A stretch of 12,429 nucleotides of DNA from Calditrichaceae bacterium (GCA_050178385.1 JBFXGD010000101.1:1-12429), one strand, 5' to 3'; shown: positions 1 to 7,281, counted from the first letter of the stretch. Made by a program: numbers and translations. The notes: generated by a model from the sequence alone, not told the origin.

Positions 1-787
1 TACCCGCGCTATTGGCCACATCCAGACTGCCCGTCGTCGTCCAGTCCGCCAACTGATCCGCTATATAATTGCCATCGGCGTCATAACCCGCCGCATAATA
101 GGTTAAACTGCCGTCCGTGGTCAGACTTGCCGTCGTCACCGCATTGCTACCGCCACCTGCGGCGTCACGTATGGTGATGCTGGCCAAGGCGCCTTCACTT
201 ACCGTGATCACACCCGTCGCGTCACTGAACGCTCCAAACGTCGCTTCAATCGTTCCGGATGTGGGGGCGCTTGACGGATCAAACGTAAAACTTGTCGTAC
301 CCGCGCTATTGGCCACATCCAGACTGCCCGTCGTCGTCCAGTCCGCCAACTGATCCGCTATATAATTGCCATCGGCGTCATAACCCGCCGCATAATAGGT
401 TAAACTGCCGTCCGTGGTCAGACTCGCCGTCGTCACGATGTTACCACCGCCACCTGCCGCGTCACGAATGGTGATGCCGGCCAACACGCCCTCACTTACC
501 GTAATCACACCCGTCGCGTCACTAAACGCTCCAAACGTCGCTTCGATCGTTCCGGATGTGGGAGCGCTTGCCGGATTAAACGTAAAACTCGTCGTACCAG
601 TGCTGCTGGCGGCGTCAAGACTACCCGTCGTTGTCCAGTCCGCCAACTGATCCGCTATATAATTGCCATCGGCGTCATAACCCGCCGCATAATAGGTTAA
701 ACTGCCGTCCGTGGTCAGACTCGCCGTCGTCACTGCATTGCCACCGCCACCTGCGGCGTCACGAATCGTGATGCTGGCCAAGTCTCC
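1..787 (-). repeat. Intragenic tandem repeat, 297-bp (99-aa) unit: copies at 491-787, 194-490 and a partial copy at 1-193; probably continues beyond the window
   Basis: Exact 297-bp period, no indels. Manual count: 29 mismatches in 297 between the full copies (~90% identity) and 12 in 193 between the partial and middle copies. Unit: GxLAxITIRDAAGGGxNxVTTASLTTDGSLTYYAAGYDADGNYIADQLADWTTTGSLDxAxSxGTTSFTFxPxSAPTSGTIEATFGAFSDATGVITVSE. Length, alternating beta pattern and the DxxGN turn resemble bacterial Ig-like domains. Confidence 0.95.
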
Positions 788-1921
788 CGGCACGACTTCA
801 ACATCTGTATCACCGGCAACAGCTTCAGTTGATGTTTTTGTAGCAGAGGCATCCTTGGCGGCATTATATGAACTCACATACGAATTCGCAGTACTTGTTC
901 CCGATGGAAGAGTTTGCATAAAAGCGATCTTGACTGAATCGACAATATCAAAATCTGAAGTCTGCACAACAATCGAATCATTTATATACTGCCAGGTCGC
1001 ATATCCCGGGTTTTCCGGTTTATCTGAAGAATTCTGAATAAAAGCATTGTATGTATTTATTTTCACACCTGTGACTGTCGGAGAAGAGCCCGGCGCAAAT
1101 GGGTTATCTACCGCGATCCTGTCAAGCTTACCCAAACCGGTAATTCCCGTTGGATCGATATTTGAAATAATGTAGTTAAAAGTTTGAAGTTTGCTCGCCT
1201 GAGCTGATTTAGGAAGAATTTCCGCATCCGCGCCGTCTGTAATTTCGTTATGGAATAGAATCGCGTCAAAATTTGCCACAGAGCCGGCAGTGTCAAAACT
1301 GTATTCCAGACCGGTCGCGTTATCTGCCTTTATGCCTATAGTGGCAGATTGTCCTCCACCCCAAGATGCATCTAATGTTTTATATTGAAATTTAATGATA
1401 TCACTATGTTCATATAAGACAACTTCAAAACCTATTTGATTTGGCGATGTAATATACCATTCCACCACAAATTTACGATTCGGCGCTACTCCCACTGTTT
1501 TGTAAAAAATTCCGTTATTTGAATTATTGCTTGACAGATTATCCCAAAAAACCGCTATGGAAGAATCCGGCCCTGCCCCGCTGGGGATGGTTGTATTTGC
1601 AGGATAAGAGGTCCCTGAAGGATCAACAAAACTAATCCAGCCATTTGTTGAAATATAGGCGGTTCTCATCACCTTGCCGTAGAAATAAAAATCAAACCCA
1701 GCGGGCAGAGATACAGCAGCCGAGACCGCGTCATTAAAAGCCCCGGAGTGGGCAGCAGTTCCATCCTGAACATCTATCCATTCATATGTTACTGAAGGAG
1801 ATGTCGCAGTTCTGGAATTGGTCCACATATAGCCGGAACCATCAATTCCACCCTGATCGGCATACAAGTAATTAAACAATGAGCTTATAATTAATAGAGT
1901 AAAGCCAACTCGTTTAAACAT
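1..1921 (-). CDS. Large secreted surface protein/putative adhesin, 3'-truncated (at least 640 aa): signal peptide, NIDO/nidogen-like domain, second beta-rich domain, tandem 99-aa Ig-like repeats
   Basis: Absent from the ORF track because there is no stop in the window. Translated by hand: ATG at 1921-1919, preceded by AGGAAAG, 14 nt after the stop of the upstream gene; no stop down to position 2. Starts MFKRVGFTLLIISSLFNYLYA/DQGGIDGSGYMWTNS...YEWIDV...FDFYFYG...YISTNGWISF...IAVFWDNL...FVVEW...FEVVLYE..DIIKFQY...ATIGI, matching the bacterial NIDO-like pattern. Thr/Gly/Ala/Asp-rich repeats begin at about residue 379. Confidence 0.92.
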   Translation of the reverse strand, partial: MFKRVGFTLLIISSLFNYLYADQGGIDGSGYMWTNSRTATSPSVTYEWIDVQDGTAAHSGAFNDAVSAAVSLPAGFDFYFYGKVMRTAYISTNGWISFVDPSGTSYPANTTIPSGAGPDSSIAVFWDNLSSNNSNNGIFYKTVGVAPNRKFVVEWYITSPNQIGFEVVLYEHSDIIKFQYKTLDASWGGGQSATIGIKADNATGLEYSFDTAGSVANFDAILFHNEITDGADAEILPKSAQASKLQTFNYIISNIDPTGITGLGKLDRIAVDNPFAPGSSPTVTGVKINTYNAFIQNSSDKPENPGYATWQYINDSIVVQTSDFDIVDSVKIAFMQTLPSGTSTANSYVSSYNAAKDASATKTSTEAVAGDTDVEVVPGDLASITIRDAAGGGGNAVTTASLTTDGSLTYYAAGYDADGNYIADQLADWTTTGSLDAASSTGTTSFTFNPASAPTSGTIEATFGAFSDATGVITVSEGVLAGITIRDAAGGGGNIVTTASLTTDGSLTYYAAGYDADGNYIADQLADWTTTGSLDVANSAGTTSFTFDPSSAPTSGTIEATFGAFSDATGVITVSEGALASITIRDAAGGGSNAVTTASLTTDGSLTYYAAGYDADGNYIADQLADWTTTGSLDVANSAG

Positions 1922-1935
1922 AGTAGCTTTCCTGT

Positions 1936-2439
1936 CTAATTGTTATTTTCCGGGAAATTAGGGAAGGCAGCTGAAGTCATTACTTCATCGGCAGGAACAA
2001 AACTTTCTCCCTGCTTTGCCATTTTCTTTACAGAAACCTGCCGGGATCCGTTCTGGATTTTTTTTACATTCAAAAGGCATTTGACATTCACGCGGTCACC
2101 GGCTTTAATCAGTCCATCCTTAAAATGCATCCCGAGACCATCTGACCCGATCTGCCAGGTCACCACCGAATCACTTTCAGGACTATCCTCAGAATTTTGC
2201 AGCCATAAAGTTTTATCATTAAGTTGAACAGATGAGGGAACCGCCGTAATCCACTGAGGAAACTCAAATATAAGAGCGCTGTCAATTTGCTGATCAAGAT
2301 TAAGATCAATTAATAAATCCCATTCACCGGAAATATTTGAATGCCTGGAAAGTTGTAAATTAAGATCATTTGGATTTTGTGCAAAGAGTGCGGCCGCGAA
2401 AAAAAACACGCACAAAAGCATCAATTTCAGCCTATCCAT
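1936..2439 (-). CDS. Secreted hypothetical protein (167 aa, Sec signal peptide, probable single beta-rich domain)
   Basis: ATG preceded by a strong AAGGAG RBS. MDRLKLMLLCVFFFAAALFA/QN is a typical signal peptide with a mature N-terminal Gln. Similar to domain 2 of the downstream surface protein. Confidence 0.88.
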   Translation of the reverse strand: MDRLKLMLLCVFFFAAALFAQNPNDLNLQLSRHSNISGEWDLLIDLNLDQQIDSALIFEFPQWITAVPSSVQLNDKTLWLQNSEDSPESDSVVTWQIGSDGLGMHFKDGLIKAGDRVNVKCLLNVKKIQNGSRQVSVKKMAKQGESFVPADEVMTSAAFPNFPENNN

Positions 2440-2545
2440 ATAAACACTCCTTTATATGGGCAATTTGTATATAGTGTTGTTTTTCATTTTGTGTTAAAGA
2501 GCAGAAACACCATGTTTTTTTATACTCGTACGTTTATTATTAAAG

Positions 2546-2574
2546 ATTATATTTATTTTTTGACAGAATTTAAA
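2546..2574 (-). promoter_or_regulatory. Possible sigma70-type promoter for the secreted-protein/surface-protein pair
   Basis: Minus strand reads TTTAAA-N17-TATAAT (perfect -10, 4/6 -35) in the 210-bp intergenic gap. The region is very AT-rich, so a chance match is possible. Confidence 0.3.
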
Positions 2575-2649
2575 ATAATATGCCCTTTCCCCGAACAATT
2601 GTTGGTGATTAATCGCACATTCCGTTACATACAAAAATATCAAACCTTT

Positions 2650-4386
2650 TTAATGATATCTTTGCATTTCCTTATTATTTTCGAGTTCATCAAAAAAAAG
2701 TTTAACAATTTCGGGATCATACTGTTTGTTTGCGTTAAACTGCAAATACTCTCGCGCGGTCTGTTCGGGCAGGGCTTTTCTGTGCGGCCGGTCTGATGTC
2801 ATCGCATCATAAGTATTACAAACCGCTAATATTCTCGCCCCGGCTGAGAGATCGCTTTCCCCAATACGATGTGGAAATCCGTGGCCGTTATAAAATTCAT
2901 GATGATGTAAAGCGAGATCAACGACCGTTTCATTAAATCCGGCCGAGTTGAGAATGGCGGCCCCCTTTAGGGTATGTTCAAGAATTTTCTTTTTAATGGC
3001 GTTTTCATCCTCCGTGAATATCTGATCGTTCAGCAAATATTCATCTCGTACCGCAATCTTCCCCACATCATGAAGCAGTGTACCATAGGTCATTTCTTTG
3101 ACCTGTTCACTAGTCATTCCGATTTTTCGCGAAAGAATATTTACATAATTTGCTGTTCTTATGACATGGCCGCGGGCAAAAACGTATTTCGATTCCAGGG
3201 CTCTAAGCATGGATCTTATGGTTTTAGCATAAAATTCCTGAAAGTCTTCTGAAATCTGTGATTGTTCCATTAAAAATGCTGCCTGATTCGAAATTATCGA
3301 AACGAGATTAATATCTTCCTTTGTAAATCCCGCCCCTGAAAGTTTATTACCGACGATCAACAACCCTACCAGCCTTTTCTTGATTATCAGAGGGCAGATG
3401 AGATCGTCGCTGAATAAATTCAAGAGCCTAATTTCATCATCGTAAAGCCCTTCACGCGGGATATGTTTGATTAACATCGGTTCTCGTGTTGAATCAAGCA
3501 ACTTGATAAAATTACTATCGAGATATATTCTCAAGCCCGCGTATTCTACACTTCTCAAACCTTTTTCCGCTATAATTTTGAAAAAATTATGTTCCTTTTT
3601 TTCTTTGGTAAGAACCGCCGCATGCTCACTGCCAATCTGACCTATAATTGTCAGCAGAAAAGACTTCAAGGCTTTTCGAAAATCTGATCCGAACGTGTAC
3701 TGTCCGCTCAATGTTACGATATTCTTGATTTCAATATCTTTTTTCCGGACATCTTTACTGAGGGTTTCCATTCTTTGTCGGTTTAACAGGTGCTCACGCT
3801 GCAAAATATTACATTTATTCTGAAAATAAAGCTTCTGTTCTTCCAGTTTTTCCCTTTGCTTTTGCAGAGAGATCACTGTATCAATCATAGCTGAAGAACT
3901 GAAATAAATCAATCCATTAAGCAAAAGGTTTGACAAATAGGCTTCCAGTGGATTTGTGAATAATCCCAGCAAAGTGAAGACAAGAGTTGATATAGTCAGA
4001 ACAAGCAAAAAATATAATGCAAAAAGTTGACTTTGCTTTCGCTGAAACAGGAAAACCGCTGTAATAATTAAAAGAGCCGGGAGCACATAAAACGTACCCT
4101 GCAAATAACTAACCGGATAGATAAATCCGAACAAAATCGCAAGATCAATAATGCTTAGCCAATAAGCGGTTCGCTCATGAAATTCCTTGCCGTAAAATAC
4201 AACTCCCCAAAAAACAAGAGATGCAAGAGATACAAGAACAGCGATAAGCATCATTCTGTGAGATGCCTGATCCAGGGTATTGACGTTTTTCATCCAGATG
4301 AGCGCAAGCAGCGAAAGAAACAAAAATTTTGAGAAAAAAAACAGCCTGGACTGATTTGATTTACTTAATTGATAAAATGGTATCAT
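2650..4386 (-). CDS. Membrane-anchored GAF + HD-GYP domain protein (c-di-GMP phosphodiesterase family, degenerate motifs)
   Basis: About 5-6 hydrophobic helices in residues ~15-165, then a coiled coil, a GAF (LICPLIIKKRLVGLLIVGNK...FTKEDINLV) and an HD-GYP domain: RGHVIRTA, LLHDVGK, HTLKG, HHHEFYNGHGFP, ARILAVCNTYDAMTSDRPHRKA, YDPEIV. The ATG is 3 nt after the TPR gene stop. Confidence 0.92.
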   Translation of the reverse strand: MIPFYQLSKSNQSRLFFFSKFLFLSLLALIWMKNVNTLDQASHRMMLIAVLVSLASLVFWGVVFYGKEFHERTAYWLSIIDLAILFGFIYPVSYLQGTFYVLPALLIITAVFLFQRKQSQLFALYFLLVLTISTLVFTLLGLFTNPLEAYLSNLLLNGLIYFSSSAMIDTVISLQKQREKLEEQKLYFQNKCNILQREHLLNRQRMETLSKDVRKKDIEIKNIVTLSGQYTFGSDFRKALKSFLLTIIGQIGSEHAAVLTKEKKEHNFFKIIAEKGLRSVEYAGLRIYLDSNFIKLLDSTREPMLIKHIPREGLYDDEIRLLNLFSDDLICPLIIKKRLVGLLIVGNKLSGAGFTKEDINLVSIISNQAAFLMEQSQISEDFQEFYAKTIRSMLRALESKYVFARGHVIRTANYVNILSRKIGMTSEQVKEMTYGTLLHDVGKIAVRDEYLLNDQIFTEDENAIKKKILEHTLKGAAILNSAGFNETVVDLALHHHEFYNGHGFPHRIGESDLSAGARILAVCNTYDAMTSDRPHRKALPEQTAREYLQFNANKQYDPEIVKLFFDELENNKEMQRYH

Positions 4387-4389
4387 AAT

Positions 4390-5538
4390 TTATTTTAAGA
4401 TTGCCCTCAATAGTATCAAAAATTCTTTTCCGTCATTTTCAACCAGTTTTTTATTTTTTAAAGCCTTGTCAAAAGTCGGATTTATCTCCAGAGACCGGTC
4501 AAACTCCGTCAATGCCTTCAGAAATAAATTACGGCATTGTATCAAATGCACAATTCCAAGATTATTCCAAAGATCCGCATAGTCAGCATTTCCATCAATT
4601 GCTTTGAATAATTTATTTTCGAATTTCTTTATAATATCGTTATTAAGTCCTTTGCCGCCGTACATGAATTTGAGATAAAAATCGATTCCGATCAAACTGA
4701 GAACTTCATTCGGAAATACTCTGTTGCGGTTTGTACTAAGGAAATTAATCACCTGATCGATTTCCTTGTTAATCAGCATTTTTTGAATCTTGGGCATCAT
4801 CTGTTTGAAATAACTGTTACCATCCGATTCAATTTTTTTAAGCTGTTGCTGAGAGCGTTCATATCGTATTGACGGCGGGGGAAGTAAATCATCTTTTTTA
4901 TCATATAAAATACTATCCAGATAGAGAATGGCCAAATTATAATGAGCTTCCATATAGCCGGGATTAATTCGCAGGGCTTCCTGAAAATAGCCAAGAGCTT
5001 TATAGTGCTGCTTTTCATTCAGATATACAAGGCCGAGGTTATGATAGATATCGGCATAGGGAGGGCCAAGTTCAAGTGCTTTGTTTAAAATCTGGATGGC
5101 TTTTGCATTTTTGCCGAGTTTAATATAGGCCAGACCAAGATTATTTAATGCATCAACCGATTTCTGATCGATTGAAATTCCCAGCTCAAACTGTTCAATA
5201 GCATCCTGAACCAGATTATTTCGCAGAAACATCAAACCCATTTTTACATTCGAAGGGGCGTGACGTAACTTTTTCACCTTTTCAGCTATCATGAACATTA
5301 ATTCTATTTCATGCAATGTATCACGATGGAGACCCTCCACCATGGTTTTTACACGTTCCTCGAGGGAGTGTTCGTCCCCATATTTTCGCCGTTCGAATTC
5401 CACTTCGTGAGTTGTAATCAGTCTTCCGGCTTCAAACACTTCACACTGAACCACACCTTTTGCGCTTCTACTGGCGGTCTGAACATGAAATTTTCTTCCG
5501 GTTACATTTACATTGTCGTTGAATCCAATATCCGACAT
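4390..5538 (-). CDS. Cytoplasmic tetratricopeptide-repeat protein with an uncharacterised N-terminal domain
   Basis: TPR motifs ALNNLGLAYIKLG...A...L..ALELGPPY, ADIYHNLGLVYL...A...F..ALRINPGY, AHYNLA, and a C-terminal ADLWNNLG...FDRSLEINP. ATG at 5538 preferred over TTG at 5544 because GGGGGA lies 6 nt upstream. No signal peptide. Confidence 0.9.
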   Translation of the reverse strand: MSDIGFNDNVNVTGRKFHVQTASRSAKGVVQCEVFEAGRLITTHEVEFERRKYGDEHSLEERVKTMVEGLHRDTLHEIELMFMIAEKVKKLRHAPSNVKMGLMFLRNNLVQDAIEQFELGISIDQKSVDALNNLGLAYIKLGKNAKAIQILNKALELGPPYADIYHNLGLVYLNEKQHYKALGYFQEALRINPGYMEAHYNLAILYLDSILYDKKDDLLPPPSIRYERSQQQLKKIESDGNSYFKQMMPKIQKMLINKEIDQVINFLSTNRNRVFPNEVLSLIGIDFYLKFMYGGKGLNNDIIKKFENKLFKAIDGNADYADLWNNLGIVHLIQCRNLFLKALTEFDRSLEINPTFDKALKNKKLVENDGKEFLILLRAILK

Positions 5539-5661
5539 CGGCAATCCCCCAGAGTGAAAATCAAATAAAACGGATCTTATTCAGGTTATTTTTAATATGA
5601 ATATTAATCAATTCAAGCCATTATTTGCAATAACTAAATATTATCAGATATTATTATAATA

Positions 5662-7281
5662 TCAATTTCCCGCATTGTAAAGGGTAAAACAATTCCGCCC
5701 GGAATTTTTGGACCGGTACAGCGCCTGGTCAGACTTGTAAACAAGATCCTCGAAATCAGCCGCATCATCAGGAAATGAAGCTGCGCCCAGACTTACGGTG
5801 AACAGCCCTCCGGGTTGTATGTTTTCTTTAAAAAACACCGTTTTCTCAACTCGCTCCCTGATTCTTTCCCCAAGAATTTTTATCACATTTTTATCTATTC
5901 CAGGCAGAATTATACTGAATTCCTCACCACCGTACCGGTTAACAACATCCTCTTCCCGGACAGAATTTTTCAACACCCAACTAAGTGTCCGCAATGCTTC
6001 ATCTCCAGCCTGATGCCCAAGCGTGTCGTTATAATTTTTGAAATGATCAATATCCAGCATTATCAACGAAACCGAACCGTTGTTTCGGCGGGCCCTGTTA
6101 ATTTCTTCTTTTAAACGCTCTTCAAAATAACGATAATTATGTAAATTTGTCATGGCATCAGTCAGTGACAAGTTTTTGACTTCTTCATATGTTTGGGCAT
6201 TTCCCACTGAGATCGAAATGATATTCAAAAGTATGTTAAACATTTCCAGGTCAGTCCGTTCAAATTCCTTACCATGAAGCTTCGCCCCGCACCCAATAAT
6301 TCCTCTCACACGTTGAGAATATATAATCGGCGCGATTATTTTTATTTGATTTTCATCAAGAAATTTGGCGATTTCTGTCGACAGATCCATTTCACTGATT
6401 TTATCTACAAAAATTGGTTTTTGATTTTGTAAAAAATATTTTATTAAGGGATAGTCAATTTCTATAGATATCCCATCAAAATTATCGTGACTGATTCCCT
6501 TGCTGAAAGGCCGTGAGTAATTTCTATTGACGGGATCATAAAGGAGCGCGAATGACTTTTGACAAGTTATCTGCCCCACGATGATCAGCAAGGCCGAATT
6601 AATCAATTGCTTCAGATTTAAAATAGAATAGAGTTCATTGCTGATTTCCAGAATATTGTGAATTTCAAAAGCCCGTTTTTTTAGTGCCTTATCTGTGCGA
6701 TCCAGTTCTGATTCCGTCAAAATTAACCGGTTCTCTATGTCCGATATCTTCCTTTTCAATGAATTTATATTTTCAACAAGTTCATATTTTTCTTTTATCG
6801 CAATAACAAAAGATTTAATTGAACCGAGCGATTCTTCTATTTTTTTTGATTCTCTATCCATCAATAACAGATAATCAAAATGATTGAACAGTTGAAATAA
6901 CAATGCGGATTTAAAATCCAGATTAATCCCGTTGGAATGCAGCTTCGGAGTTAGCGGGTGTATCGAATCGAGAATCAGATACGGATGCTGGTCGGAAAGT
7001 GCCACTAATTGGTCAGTTATATTTATCTCCACGTTTTTTGAACATGCAAAAAACTGCCATTGATCACCTTCCGATCTTGAATGATAAAGAATGCTGTGCG
7101 GCCTGTCTCCGTTTGTAACCAGGCGGGTGAGCATACCTAAAAATTCGCCTTGAAATTTATCGCCGGGCAGAGGGAAATTTACATCAGTGAGTAAGCTCCG
7201 GTACTCATCAAAAAAATACAGATCTTTCAGTGACTGAAAATTCTTTTGTCGGTTGAAAATTTTTGAAAAAAATTCTTTCAT
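5662..7281 (-). CDS. Diguanylate cyclase (N-terminal region, coiled coil, GAF, GGDEF), predicted active
   Basis: TDAMTNLHNYRYF, MLDIDHFKNYNDTLGHQAGD, RYGGEEF (5917-5931), RxxD I-site REED (5947-5958), TVSLG, DQALYRSKNSGRN. Start uncertain: ATG 7281 chosen, in-frame TTG 7344 possible; neither has a clear RBS. Confidence 0.93.
   Translation of the reverse strand: MKEFFSKIFNRQKNFQSLKDLYFFDEYRSLLTDVNFPLPGDKFQGEFLGMLTRLVTNGDRPHSILYHSRSEGDQWQFFACSKNVEINITDQLVALSDQHPYLILDSIHPLTPKLHSNGINLDFKSALLFQLFNHFDYLLLMDRESKKIEESLGSIKSFVIAIKEKYELVENINSLKRKISDIENRLILTESELDRTDKALKKRAFEIHNILEISNELYSILNLKQLINSALLIIVGQITCQKSFALLYDPVNRNYSRPFSKGISHDNFDGISIEIDYPLIKYFLQNQKPIFVDKISEMDLSTEIAKFLDENQIKIIAPIIYSQRVRGIIGCGAKLHGKEFERTDLEMFNILLNIISISVGNAQTYEEVKNLSLTDAMTNLHNYRYFEERLKEEINRARRNNGSVSLIMLDIDHFKNYNDTLGHQAGDEALRTLSWVLKNSVREEDVVNRYGGEEFSIILPGIDKNVIKILGERIRERVEKTVFFKENIQPGGLFTVSLGAASFPDDAADFEDLVYKSDQALYRSKNSGRNCFTLYNAGN

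Noticed and set aside
1..787. Repeats as a CRISPR array or a DGR template/variable repeat pair
   Set aside because: Units are 297 bp, in frame and lack unique spacers. Mismatches involve all bases and many are synonymous. No cas or reverse transcriptase gene is in the window.
117..1037. Plus-strand ORFs 117-353, 292-474, 414-650 and 711-1037, three of which look like tandem paralogous small genes
   Set aside because: They are antisense shadows of the repeats in the long minus-strand ORF, which has an RBS, signal peptide and recognisable domains.
1108..1296. 62-aa minus-strand ORF
   Set aside because: Alternative frame nested in the surface-protein gene, with no supporting features.
2560..2590. 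Perfect TTGACA on the plus strand (2560-2565)
   Set aside because: No -10 element at 16-18 bp spacing and no credible plus-strand gene downstream.
2440..2649. c-di-GMP riboswitch in the leader of the secreted-protein gene
   Set aside because: I found no GEMM-like conserved motifs or stable two-stem structure by eye, and the region is very AT-rich. An Infernal/Rfam scan would be decisive.
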